Source: Ignavibacteriota bacterium
GTDB lineage: Bacteria; Bacteroidota; Ignavibacteria; UBA10030; CAVZMI01
Reading direction: 5' to 3'
Length of the DNA stretch: 64,000 nucleotides
Assembly: GCA_963776275.1 (NCBI GenBank)
Contig: CAVZMI010000023.1
Coordinates: 160,001 to 224,000 of the forward strand
The notes beneath the pieces were generated by a model. The model was not told the DNA's origin, ran no database searches, and saw only the letters and a program-made list of their open reading frames with translations. Shown piece by piece: positions 42,475 through 52,831 of the stretch (position 1 is its first letter; every line of letters begins with the position of its first letter). Made by a program: the position numbers and the translations under genes.

Positions 42475-43077
42475 CTAAATATTACTGTACTTTATAACCT
42501 GCCGGGATCTTGAATTTTTCTGCGGGGCCTTTGCATTTTCCTCCACCTTGACCGCTTTCGCGATAACGTTTATACCCGAAGTGGTGAGATCGGTCATTAA
42601 GCAAATACCTTTCCATCCTGCAAACACGGTCTTACCCGAGGTGGAGGTGACTTCGAATGATTCGCATAGCTTACCGGCGATGGTGACATTTGACAGTTGT
42701 TTTGCTTTTCCGCTGGCTTTCTCCTTCTGAGAAACTTCGTTCCAGTCGAACCGCAGTTCCGTCCCACGATATGCATCGCCCTGTTTGTATGCTACTTTAT
42801 CCTTGTGGTTCAGGGTGTACAGTGTTTTTCCATCGCTGAAGAACGATTCGGAAAGAGTATTGTCTTTATATGTTTCTTTACATTCCTTCATTCCATAATC
42901 ATCAAAATACACGATAAACCTTTCGGTAAATTTGATCTTTCCCATAACAGTGGAGTTTTCGAATGTGACGATTCCCGATTTGATATCGTATTTTTTTGTT
43001 TGTCCGGCTAGATCAGGCGGCACCAGAAAAACCGCCACGATGAGGAGAATAAGAATTGAAAGAGTTTTCATTTTCAT
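42475..43077 (-). CDS. Secreted hypothetical protein (C-terminal frameshift likely)
   Basis: Signal peptide, YDIKSGIV..YFDDYGMKE, WKGICL; the alternative frame gives ..AEKFKIPAGYKVQ. Confidence 0.7.
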   Translation of the reverse strand: MKMKTLSILILLIVAVFLVPPDLAGQTKKYDIKSGIVTFENSTVMGKIKFTERFIVYFDDYGMKECKETYKDNTLSESFFSDGKTLYTLNHKDKVAYKQGDAYRGTELRFDWNEVSQKEKASGKAKQLSNVTIAGKLCESFEVTSTSGKTVFAGWKGICLMTDLTTSGINVIAKAVKVEENAKAPQKNSRSRQVIKYSNI

Positions 43078-43215
43078 CTCCAGGAATGAGTGTTATGTGG
43101 TGAGTATTAGAAAAACTAATAAATATAACGATAAATGGCAACTGAGATAATCATCATGAGAATTCCACAGTCCGGATTATGGGTTTTTAAATGTGAGGTA
43201 TATCGTTAATATTTA

Positions 43216-43247
43216 AAAAAGCCCCGACGGATTTCGACGAGGCTTTG
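43216..43247 (-). terminator. Terminator after the GH20 gene
   Basis: + strand aaaaaagccccg..cgaggcttt. Confidence 0.6.
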
Positions 43248-43274
43248 TAAAAAGGCTGCATTCTTACGGCGTTA

Positions 43275-44830
43275 TTACCAGGGAACCAGTGGAGAGCGAT
43301 AGAAATTCACTCCCATTGCCCTTAACCGGGGGCCATGAGCTCCCAGACGGTATTTATATTCGTCGAAGCTTCTTCCCTCAGATAAAGACCAGCCGATCTC
43401 GGCGTAACCCGGAAGCCGCGGGAAAGTCATAAATTCTATGTCACTCATAGTCTTGATTGTTTCCGTCCAGAGCGGAGCTTCTACTCCCAGAATATTTTCT
43501 TCTGTGACTCCGTTCAACTCTGTCGCCGGATCCCAGGAATAGCCATTGTCCACCTCAATATATCCTGCCCAATTCTGTCCTGGAAAAGTGAAGAAATTAT
43601 ATCTCATATCCATGTATGTCCTAGATGCCGGTGACATGATGACCTTCGCACCTCGCTCGACTGCATCTTGAGCCAGCGTGCTATTCCAGTGCTGTGCAAT
43701 AGAAGTACGGAAAATATTTCCCCGGGGAATTTCCTCCCACCCGACCATTTGTTTGCCGTAAGAGTGTACAATAGATTGTATACTATCAATGAACAGTGTA
43801 TACTTGGCCAATGGAATACCGTACGCCTCATCGCCTCCAACATGGAAGTAAAGACCGGGAGTTATTGCTGAAATTTCCCGGATTACGTCATCAAGGAATT
43901 TGTAGGTTGTTTCTTTATCTAAATCAAGAGTACCGAGGAAGTACCAAGTATTGGATAAGATAAAATAGCCGCGCCCATGTGTCCCGGCATATCAATTTCT
44001 GGGACAACTGTGATATAGCGACTCTGAGCATACCCAACGATTTCCATATAATCTGCCTGGGTATAGAATCCTCCGGGATCGTCTCCGTACGCACTGAGGC
44101 CGCCTACGGTTGCTAGGTTCGGCCACGTATTGATCGTAATTCGCCATCCCTGGTCGTCACTAAGGTGCAGGTGAAGTCGGTTTATCTTGTAATAAGCAAT
44201 CAGATCGATTATACGTTTCACATTTTCGACGGTGAAGAAATGTCTTGCAACATCGAGCATCATACCACGCCATTCAAAACGTGGACGATCCGTGATCGTG
44301 CAGGTTTCAATTTCCCACCGACCGGATTGTCTTGTCGAATTCTCGATGGATGGAGGAAGCAATTGTCTGATTGTTTGTATTCCCCGGAATAGACCTGCTG
44401 GCCGAGGTGCGACAAGTGTCACCAAATTATTTTCGGCCGTTAGATAATAGCCCTCTTCACCCAACGCAGGATCTCCCCCGACAGTCGTGATGTATATATT
44501 TCCGTTTTCTAGTGGACCGGATGTCTGAACGACATTCAATTTATATCCTGTTGATGGGCGCAGTTTTTCGGAAAGGTATTCGCCAATCGCTGTTATCTCG
44601 ATTGATCCTGGATTGATGCATATGGAGGCGTTTTCGGATAAGACAAAAGTGCCGGTATGTTTCTGAACAAACTCGGGCCGTGGAATTATACTCTCTAACG
44701 CCGGGAGCGATTGGTTCGATGTTGGTTCCGTCGGTCCTGATTTATGGCATGCTGCCAGGATACATGCACATGCCAGCAGCGTAGTGAGTTTTAATACCTG
44801 CTCGTAAAGTTTCGCTGTGTGTAAAATAAT
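43275..44830 (-). CDS. GH20 beta-N-acetylhexosaminidase lipoprotein, frameshifted near 43935; start codon unclear
   Basis: Lipobox ILAAC, IIPRP, RGMMLDVARHFF, HLHLSDDQGWR, PEIDMPGH, HVGGDE, GVEAPLWTE, FPRL. Confidence 0.88.
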
Positions 44831-44845
44831 AATTATATTTTTCGA

Positions 44846-46558
44846 TCACCTCACCAATATCAATTTTCTTGTTTGGTAGAAATTGCCGGCTTCAAGGCGA
44901 TAGAAATAGACTCCACTTGATAGCGATCCGGCATACCATCGACGTATGTGCAATCCGGCCGGCAGGGTCTCCGATACCGGTGTCGAAATTTCTCGACCCA
45001 TCACATCGAAAACCTTCAACGTAACGAAATCGGGACTTGGCATTTGAAATTTGATCGTTGTCGCCGAGTTAAAGGGGTTGGGATAATTCTGATATACAAA
45101 GAATGTCGACGGCTGCCGGTAATTTACGCCATCGGTGTCGAGAGAACCCCCGGTGAGTTCTATATCTATCCAGGACAACCGGTCGCCGATCCAATTTTTT
45201 AGAAATGAAACCTCTTCAGCATATGTTTTAAAATAATAATAGTTCGGCCAGATCTTAATACCCAGAATCGGCCACTTGATAAAATTTCTTTGCTGTGCTT
45301 CATCAATATATGCGGCGACCGAATCGATAATCCCGTTGATCTTTTGCAGTGTCAATTGATTCTGTCGTAATTCAATCCACCTGCTTTTTACTTTATCCAT
45401 AAATGTCGGGTCGTCAAATAATTGTTTCCACCAGAAAGGAACCAGGTAATTATCGTAGTTCAGAAAGTTTGAATTGGTCGTCAAATAGACCATCTGCCAC
45501 CCGCCGGTTAACCAGGCATCATAATAATCGCAGTTACCCAGTGAATTAGTGAAATCCCAAATCGGACCGATGCCGAGTTTTCCTCCTTTGCTATCTTTGT
45601 CTTTGAACATGTATGCACTTAACCTGTAGGCATCGACATTTCTGGCCAGTTCGTTGATGATCAAATAATCGACAGCAGAGCTAATATCCAGATATTTAGG
45701 GTATCCATTAACGGTATCGGTGTAATCGGCGCTTTTCATAACCGTTTCAAAGGATGATATGAAATTTTGGATATATGCTTCCTGTTCGGAAACGATCTTT
45801 TCAGGTTTTGGATAATAATATTGGTACAGGATCTTTTTTGACGGTGCAGCATAAGGAGGATTCGGTGAAAACCAACCTCTATCAGTGAAACTAAATTTGT
45901 CAATTCGAATTATATATCCTCCGGTGAGAGTGTCGCCGGAAATCTCTGTGGTGTCAATTTTAGAAATATCAACCCGGTTTTTCCCGCGTTTAATGGTTTC
46001 GAATAGCATATAAACGCCCCAGTATCTTCCATTGAGAACAAGCTCAAAGTAGCGTGCGCGGGTTGCATATCTGCCCATACTTCGCGCAAGCGTATACGAT
46101 AAGAAATCCCGCATCAATGACTTGTCGTTATACGCGGCATAGATGACCCAATCAGATTCAGCCGGAAGGTCAAGTAGTGAAACATTAATTCCGTCTCCGG
46201 ATATGTCCCGCGTTTCGAGTCCGAATTGCCTTTTGGGAAATTGCTGCGAGCTCGAGCCCCGGGCTTCAATTCCGATTTTGCCGTTATAATTGTACACCGT
46301 ATCGGTGATGGCATTCCGTTGTCCCTCACCGTTATAAATAATTTTCATATCAGCGGTAATCTTCGGTTCATCGGGGATTGTTTGTCCGTGTGTATCAATC
46401 ACAATGATCGGCAGATTCGACGAGGTAAAAACGACGGTATCGGCGGCCAGATTATCTGAATCCTGAATTGAATAATTTTCCTGCGCGTGAAGGATAATGG
46501 AAAATATCGTGATGCAAGAAAAGCTGATACAAAATATTTTAAAGTAAAAATTGATCAC
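44846..46558 (-). CDS. CotH-family kinase with T9SS C-terminal sorting domain
   Basis: GIEARGSSS, NDKSLMRD, YWGVYMLFE, NVDAY, GPIWDF; QNYPNPFN..SGVYFYRL..RKLILVR. Confidence 0.88.
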   Translation of the reverse strand: MINFYFKIFCISFSCITIFSIILHAQENYSIQDSDNLAADTVVFTSSNLPIIVIDTHGQTIPDEPKITADMKIIYNGEGQRNAITDTVYNYNGKIGIEARGSSSQQFPKRQFGLETRDISGDGINVSLLDLPAESDWVIYAAYNDKSLMRDFLSYTLARSMGRYATRARYFELVLNGRYWGVYMLFETIKRGKNRVDISKIDTTEISGDTLTGGYIIRIDKFSFTDRGWFSPNPPYAAPSKKILYQYYYPKPEKIVSEQEAYIQNFISSFETVMKSADYTDTVNGYPKYLDISSAVDYLIINELARNVDAYRLSAYMFKDKDSKGGKLGIGPIWDFTNSLGNCDYYDAWLTGGWQMVYLTTNSNFLNYDNYLVPFWWKQLFDDPTFMDKVKSRWIELRQNQLTLQKINGIIDSVAAYIDEAQQRNFIKWPILGIKIWPNYYYFKTYAEEVSFLKNWIGDRLSWIDIELTGGSLDTDGVNYRQPSTFFVYQNYPNPFNSATTIKFQMPSPDFVTLKVFDVMGREISTPVSETLPAGLHIRRWYAGSLSSGVYFYRLEAGNFYQTRKLILVR

Positions 46559-46676
46559 GCGAGATTTCAGTAATACTCCTTTTAATACAATAATACACCG
46601 AGTATTAGTATTTAACGCAGATCGGTCATGTGTGCGTACAGAACTACTTTTTGAATAGACAAGTGTCGCATTATGT

Positions 46677-47156
46677 CTACTTAATTACTCCCGGCGGATC
46701 GGGTTGAGGACTGAGCTCGTTCAAGCCCGTTTTGAGTATGATCTTCACCGGCTGATAGATGATTGTAATCGGGAGCCATGTCACCTCGTCGTCAATCTTG
46801 ATATAGTCGGTAGGCGGGAGTTTAGAAGCCGCCTCTTTTGTCAGTTTTCCGGAAATTGTAAGCTTGCCCTGGGTTCCCTTAACGACTGGTTTAATTGGCG
46901 GATCAGGATCGATAATACTGATAGAACCGACGACGCCTAATTTGGGGTTGAAATTCTTGACTTCGACAATCTGCCTGTTTGGGAGCTTGAACTTGAAATG
47001 TCCTGCAGCAATCTTCTGGACTGTCGTCCCTTTCGGCAGAGTAATCGATTTCTGTTGAGCGAATGCTGTCGAGGAAAATACGAGGAATACGGCAATCAGA
47101 AAAAGTGACGTCAGTGACATCACAATAGTCTCTTTATTCATGCGATAGGTTTTCAT
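46677..47156 (-). CDS. Secreted hypothetical protein, paralogue B, with C-terminal SPQPDPPG tail
   Basis: Signal peptide ending AFA-QQ, SD ggagg; highly similar to 47218-47649. Confidence 0.8.
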   Translation of the reverse strand: MKTYRMNKETIVMSLTSLFLIAVFLVFSSTAFAQQKSITLPKGTTVQKIAAGHFKFKLPNRQIVEVKNFNPKLGVVGSISIIDPDPPIKPVVKGTQGKLTISGKLTKEAASKLPPTDYIKIDDEVTWLPITIIYQPVKIILKTGLNELSPQPDPPGVIK

Positions 47157-47217
47157 GATTACCTCCTTTGTAGTAGCACAGTAGCCACTTTATTATGTAT
47201 GAAACAGACCACAATAG

Positions 47218-47649
47218 TTATTTTACCACCGGCTGATAGAAAAGTGTAATCGGAAGCCACGTTACGTCATCGTCGATCTGGATGTATTCAATGGGCTTAA
47301 GTTTTGACGCCGCCTCTTTGGTCAGTTTCCCGGAGGAAACAAATTTTCCCAGATTTCCGGATACAATGGGGATCCACCCGATCTTGCTGTGCGGATCCGG
47401 ATTAAAAACTCCGATAGAACCGATCATGCCTGTTTTGGGATTGAAGTTTTTCACTTCCACGATCTGCCGGTTCGGGAGTCTGAATTTGAAATGCCCGGGA
47501 CCGATTTTTTGCACCGTCGTCCCTTTCGGCAGTGTGATCGATTTCTGTTGAGCGAATGCCGTCGAGGAAAATACAAGGAATACGGCAATCAGAAAAAGTG
47601 ACGTCAGTGACATCACAATAGCTTCCTTACTTCTTCTATAAGCTTTCAT
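47218..47649 (-). CDS. Secreted hypothetical protein, paralogue A
   Basis: Near-identical N-terminus and RBS region (tttcatgattacctcctttgt) to 46677-47156. Confidence 0.8.
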   Translation of the reverse strand: MKAYRRSKEAIVMSLTSLFLIAVFLVFSSTAFAQQKSITLPKGTTVQKIGPGHFKFRLPNRQIVEVKNFNPKTGMIGSIGVFNPDPHSKIGWIPIVSGNLGKFVSSGKLTKEAASKLKPIEYIQIDDDVTWLPITLFYQPVVK

Positions 47650-47700
47650 GATTACCTCCTTTGTGTCCGAAATGTGGAGTAAATTTAGTGTACGCTTTTT

Positions 47701-48207
47701 TTATCTAGAAAAAACGCGACGGATAGAAACAATGGCGTCTGCCAGTGGTATTCGTCCGCAATTGCACTTTGACAATTTTGGACACCGCTGCATGCATACA
47801 ACCAGCGTGTATTTCACATCGGGTTTCAGACGGCCAATAGCAATCCAGGGCCCCCCGGTGGGGCATGCTGTATAATTATGCATAATAACTGAATCGCCCT
47901 GATAGACTGTTCCGCATGCACGGCAGCTGGGAGTTATAGTATCTCCATTGAAATAGCTTACCGTGAGATAATAAGTCGTGTCTATCTGCACCATGAAATC
48001 ACGCTTGACGCAATCTCCGGCTTTCGAAGGACAAGGTATCGAATCTGAACATGATGTATCGCGCACCGATACTATTATTGGCACAGGCCAAAGCGGGTCC
48101 TCGATTTCCCCCGGCAATAATGGTCTGAAGCGCTCGAACCTGTCACCACATGACCATACCATCAATAGCATTGTGGCGGCGAGGATAGTTATTATGATTT
48201 TCTTCAT
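47701..48207 (-). CDS. Cys-rich lipoprotein
   Basis: MKKIII..VWSC lipobox, 11 Cys, SD ggagga. Confidence 0.72.
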   Translation of the reverse strand: MKKIIITILAATMLLMVWSCGDRFERFRPLLPGEIEDPLWPVPIIVSVRDTSCSDSIPCPSKAGDCVKRDFMVQIDTTYYLTVSYFNGDTITPSCRACGTVYQGDSVIMHNYTACPTGGPWIAIGRLKPDVKYTLVVCMQRCPKLSKCNCGRIPLADAIVSIRRVFSR

Positions 48208-48288
48208 AAATTCCTCCGAGTGGTTTGCCAAATATTTATTCTCTATGTATAAAAATTATTTCTGAAGCAACGTCGGCCTGCTATTAAT

Positions 48289-48759
48289 CTATACGGCTGG
48301 ACCTGACGAAGCTGCGTGTTCTTTTTGTGCCCTTTTTTTATAGATATAGCCAAGCGTTGCTCCAAATCCCGTGAATCCGACTAATTGATAGAGCAGCCAG
48401 AAAGTCTGATCCGGGATATTGATAGATCCATAAATTAAAGGGTGGGAGAGATTCCACAACGATATAATGAACCAAAAAGCAAATCCATAGGTAAGTCCAT
48501 GTAGTATGCCGTTCAATTTTTTCTGCAGGGGGAGCATTTCATATGTGAATGTAAAGAGGAGTCCGAAAGACCATCCTATCGCTAATTTTGTCCAGACAAA
48601 ATAAAAAGCATTCATTTGTTCCTCGGTGAACTTCCCCGGAGGAGCAAATTGGGGTCCGTAAATAATTCTGGAGAAAATTGCACCTCCGATAAAAAGAAAA
48701 ACTCCCATCGCGAGTCCTGATATTGTACCTGCGGTTATGATTCTTTTAATTTTTATCAT
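48289..48759 (-). CDS. Small 4-TM membrane protein
   Basis: Hydrophobic helices from MIKIKRIITAG; the upstream extension in the ORF track overlaps another gene. Confidence 0.7.
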   Translation of the reverse strand: MIKIKRIITAGTISGLAMGVFLFIGGAIFSRIIYGPQFAPPGKFTEEQMNAFYFVWTKLAIGWSFGLLFTFTYEMLPLQKKLNGILHGLTYGFAFWFIISLWNLSHPLIYGSINIPDQTFWLLYQLVGFTGFGATLGYIYKKRAQKEHAASSGPAV

Positions 48760-49135
48760 TATTATTTTTCCTGTCGGTTCTGATTGCCTCAAGTTGTGTC
48801 CTGGCGCTTGCGTCGGTGGCGAACAACTTCTGCAATTTCTCGCATGCATAGTCTGTGCAGTAAGCACAGCTGTCAAGCTTTCTCTGTCTTGCACAGCTCC
48901 TGATTTCGCACTTGCTGGAGGCTGAAAATAATCTTCCTGTTTCGGAACGGCATCCATCGCAGTCGGTGATATCCTCCTGTCGGACATCCATACCGTAGTG
49001 CTCGCGGCAGAGCCGTGCGATATCGACCCTCATTTCTTGCTGTTTTTGTTTATCCTGCTCTCTGGTTGCCCAGTAGATAGGACAGCCCTCGCAATTCAAG
49101 CCGCAGTATGCAAACGCAATACTATTCACCTTCAC
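48746..49135 (-). CDS. DUF3795-like Cys-rich protein
   Basis: AYCGLNCEGCP..CDGC..CEIRSC..CAYCTDYAC. Confidence 0.8.
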   Translation of the reverse strand: MKVNSIAFAYCGLNCEGCPIYWATREQDKQKQQEMRVDIARLCREHYGMDVRQEDITDCDGCRSETGRLFSASSKCEIRSCARQRKLDSCAYCTDYACEKLQKLFATDASARTQLEAIRTDRKNNNDKN

Positions 49136-49439
49136 CCGTCGGTTCGTTTTGACAAAAGATCTCGAACGTTGGCGGAGTCACTTCAGGCGCAAAGTTTGTA
49201 TAAATGGGCTTCTCGTTGCGCAGCAGATCGATGAAATTCATGAACTGACTGAAGGACTGGTAACCGAAGCCAATTTTAGTGGCAACATCAAAGCTGTTGG
49301 GCGGCAGTGTCGCCGAAGGATCCATGAAAATCAGGTTGAGTACACAATCGCTGCAGGACAGAATTATTCGCCCACCTGCTTTTCCTTCGTTCGGGCACAG
49401 ATACGCATCGTATTTTTGTACTGTTCTGGTGAATGGCAT
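49122..49439 (-). CDS. Hypothetical protein
   Basis: 105 aa, SD ggagga, IDLLRNEKPI..EPTGEGE. Confidence 0.7.
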   Translation of the reverse strand: MPFTRTVQKYDAYLCPNEGKAGGRIILSCSDCVLNLIFMDPSATLPPNSFDVATKIGFGYQSFSQFMNFIDLLRNEKPIYTNFAPEVTPPTFEIFCQNEPTGEGE

Positions 49440-49563
49440 TTGTTCCTCCTATGGACATCACATGCGTTTTATTGAATAAGGTAATGTCGTACTTTTGGGT
49501 TATCTGCTCGAATCCTCCTTGTCCACGTATCGATTTATCGCAACTTCGGCAAGAACTGTAAAT

Positions 49564-52536
49564 TTATCTTACGAGCACCATCTTGTTTGTTTTAACAAAA
49601 TTTCCCGCTTTGATCCTATAAAGATAAACACCGCTGCTCAAGTTACCGCTGTCTCCGCTCGAGGCGGGGAACTTTACTTCATAAGTGCCGGCATTTTGTT
49701 CCTGATCAACCAATGTAGCTATTTCCCGTCCGAGTATATCGAACACTTTAAGTTCTACGCTGACACGCGACGGAAGTCGATAGCTGATCATCGTTTCAGG
49801 ATTGAAGGGATTAGGATAATTCTGGTCGAGCTGAAAAAACCCGGGTAGCCGGTTTGGTGTATCGCCGATACCGTTCACCAGATCGTCTCTTCCCGGCGAT
49901 CCATTGATACTTAAAGATGCCCGCCAGTAGTTGGCTGAATCGGGGTTGCCATAACCGTTTATATTTTTTACTACAAGTGAATACCCGTCCCCATCTGCCG
50001 AATCCGGCCAGGGTGCTTTATCGTTGTAGCGAACGGTAAAAAGTGTATCGCCTGGAAGGTCGACCAATGTCAAACGCTCTCCAACATTGTCCAGCTGTTG
50101 GTTATACTCACCGGTCGGTGCAAATCCGTATCGTTTCTGAAACATCCCGGCATTTGATGCCAGTACAACGAAGCTCCCCGGCAATACGGGCGATTCATTC
50201 GGAAACGTATAATCAATGCCCTGGACGAAATGCGCGCCTGCAAGTGATAGAGACGATGATCCTACATTTTTCAATTCGATAAACTCAAACTCGGTACCAC
50301 TGATATCTCCATCAGGCAGCGGATCATAATGAATTTCTGTAATTTTCATTCCACTCAAATCTTCTCCGGTGTTGAGTAAAATTTCATGTAAAGCGCTCCA
50401 GGTATTGTCGTTTTTCACCCGGGCCTTCAGTGCAGTGTTTGAATTGATTGTCAATTCAATTTCGTCTCCGGCATCGGCAGCCGAGGGACTCGAAGCTCCT
50501 CCTATGGCACGCGGGTCCGTGCCGTCAAGTGTATAGAAAACCGAGCCCACCTGAGATGTGTTGGTATTAACAAGACGGACTTTGTCGCCTTTCTGAATTG
50601 TCAATATGTCATTCTTGATTTCTTGAGAACCGGACATGATCTTCGGCGGATCGATTGATGGATAGAGCTTATCGGCCTTAAGCTGATCAAGGACTATCCC
50701 GGTACGGGCAGGGAAAAACGAGTCCATTATCCACGATATTGATGGTGACCAATCATCATCTTTTGTACGCGGAGGATGCACTTTTGTATCCCCCCAGCGG
50801 GCAGATTCTGCGATTACAGCCGTATCGATCTCATCCCTCCGGTTAGCCAGTCGCTGCTCAGAGGCCTCCGCCGTCAATGCGCCGTGATTGAAAAAATGAC
50901 GGTATATATGATTGGAAAACAACACTTTATATTCATTGTTCGAGGAGAGTCGTTCATGGAGCCATTGAGGGTTGAAGTACTGTACTATATTTCCGCAGCC
51001 ATACGGTCCTGTGCGGTTCAGGCCATAATCTCCATTCTCGCTGTATTGCGGTTGCATCAAAGTATGTTCCGCGTCGTGTACGAAAAATAAAAATCCGCTG
51101 CGACCTATCCTGTTATAGATGCCGTAAAAATTATTTGGTTGTGAATTACCCGTAAAGGCACTTATCGGCGCGTCGAAATTTCCCGTGTAATAAATGATAA
51201 GAAGGTAGTCTATCAAATTATCCAGGTTGGCAAGCACAGGATAATCTAGGTTCATCGAACCGTCTGGATTCTTTCCCTGTATTTTAAAGTAATTTTCGTT
51301 CGACTGGAATCCTGCCTTCGAATACGACCAGAGCTGATTATAGGCATCAAGGGTTCCGTCTGTTGCTTCAATATTTCTGTTATTGACCTGATCCACTTTG
51401 ACAACATCGTAATCGTCCTTGTTCCCTCCAAAATAGGATTCCGCGAAAGAAGCTTCGGGCCTTTCCTGAGTCTGGTACAGGCCCCAGTACATACCGTCAA
51501 GATAGAGATGATACTCGCGGCTTCGCGTGTACGGCTGCCCCATGTCGCGCTGGCAATCGCGGGAAAACAGATCCCTGATAAATATACAGACGTGGCCTGA
51601 GTACGATTGGTAGCTCCATGAATAATTTTGTGCCGATCTGAGATCCACGCAATCGAATTCTGAAACACCCTCATCTCCGAACAGCGGATATTTTAACTTG
51701 GCTTCACCGTAATCTTTCCGGAAAAAGAAACGGAATGCGTGTTTGAGCTGCCCGGATTCACCTGTGGGAATACGGCTGTAGCCTCCGCGGAGCCGAAGAC
51801 CTGCATTAATCTGAAATCCCTTCTCTTTTTTATGAGGATCGATTAATTCGATTGCTGCCGGTCTTTCCCATTCCATGCCGCGTCCCAGCGGATTTACATA
51901 AATTCCTATTGTCGGATCGAAGAGATTCTTCAAATCCGTATTAATGCATATACTCGGAATCTCAAGGAGGGCATCATCAATAAGGTCTTTATATCGCACA
52001 TTGTTCACTACGTCCGGATCCATTTCATAGTCCAGAATTTTAGCGTTAACGATACCCTGCGGCCAATTGCCACCCGGATATTTTTGATTCTTCACCTGAT
52101 CGGTAAAAATATAGGTTTGAGATCCGGCGTCGGTCACCGGTATATCGTTTACTTTCGCATAGGCGCGTACCACTACTGCCGGTGTCGCCGCACGGCCCTG
52201 TGTACTGGCCGGATCGATTCGTATAGTTGCCGGTGAAGGTGTATTGATAGCTGCCGGATTATTTCTTGGGTCGGATCCGTCGAGTGTATAACAGATTATA
52301 GATCCTTGATCATCCCATGAGATCGTGAGATCAAAGGGTGATGTATAAAATCCGTGGTCTACCGAATAATCGGGTAATTCGGTGAGTCCTGAATCTGAAA
52401 CAAGCTCGGAACCGGAGCCGTATATGTGCGAAGAACCAACCCCTGCTCCGGTTTTTTCGGAGATTGGCGGTTGTGCAGGGAGGGTTGAGATCGAGAGTAG
52501 TGAAATGATGATCGATGAAATTAACGAACGGAACAT
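49564..52536 (-). CDS. Large CotH-family kinase with Fn3/chitobiase-like and lamin-tail domains and T9SS C-terminal domain
   Basis: Signal peptide, YTLDGSDP twice, GLRLRGGYSR, YWGLYQTQER, PNNFY, ITEIHYDP..EFIELKN (LTD), QNYPNPFN CTD. Confidence 0.87.
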   Translation of the reverse strand: MFRSLISSIIISLLSISTLPAQPPISEKTGAGVGSSHIYGSGSELVSDSGLTELPDYSVDHGFYTSPFDLTISWDDQGSIICYTLDGSDPRNNPAAINTPSPATIRIDPASTQGRAATPAVVVRAYAKVNDIPVTDAGSQTYIFTDQVKNQKYPGGNWPQGIVNAKILDYEMDPDVVNNVRYKDLIDDALLEIPSICINTDLKNLFDPTIGIYVNPLGRGMEWERPAAIELIDPHKKEKGFQINAGLRLRGGYSRIPTGESGQLKHAFRFFFRKDYGEAKLKYPLFGDEGVSEFDCVDLRSAQNYSWSYQSYSGHVCIFIRDLFSRDCQRDMGQPYTRSREYHLYLDGMYWGLYQTQERPEASFAESYFGGNKDDYDVVKVDQVNNRNIEATDGTLDAYNQLWSYSKAGFQSNENYFKIQGKNPDGSMNLDYPVLANLDNLIDYLLIIYYTGNFDAPISAFTGNSQPNNFYGIYNRIGRSGFLFFVHDAEHTLMQPQYSENGDYGLNRTGPYGCGNIVQYFNPQWLHERLSSNNEYKVLFSNHIYRHFFNHGALTAEASEQRLANRRDEIDTAVIAESARWGDTKVHPPRTKDDDWSPSISWIMDSFFPARTGIVLDQLKADKLYPSIDPPKIMSGSQEIKNDILTIQKGDKVRLVNTNTSQVGSVFYTLDGTDPRAIGGASSPSAADAGDEIELTINSNTALKARVKNDNTWSALHEILLNTGEDLSGMKITEIHYDPLPDGDISGTEFEFIELKNVGSSSLSLAGAHFVQGIDYTFPNESPVLPGSFVVLASNAGMFQKRYGFAPTGEYNQQLDNVGERLTLVDLPGDTLFTVRYNDKAPWPDSADGDGYSLVVKNINGYGNPDSANYWRASLSINGSPGRDDLVNGIGDTPNRLPGFFQLDQNYPNPFNPETMISYRLPSRVSVELKVFDILGREIATLVDQEQNAGTYEVKFPASSGDSGNLSSGVYLYRIKAGNFVKTNKMVLVR

Positions 52537-52831
52537 GCAGTGTTTCTCCTTGGGGAATTATTTTTCGAGAAAGAAAGGTACGCCACTCTTACCTAAAAAG
52601 CCACAATATTTTACTCGATGAAATCGAATGTAAAATTCTCAGAGTCGGTCACCAATAGGGCATTTTCTTTCCGATTAATGTGCGACTGATACGTATCCGG
52701 GTTATGACAATGAAGAGGATTTACGGGGCTTACCCCATAAATATTTAATGAAAAACGGTGCTTTTTTGGTTAATATTTCGTATTCTTAAATGATAAATAA
52801 TAATATTGAGAATCCGTAAGCGATTATTTTC

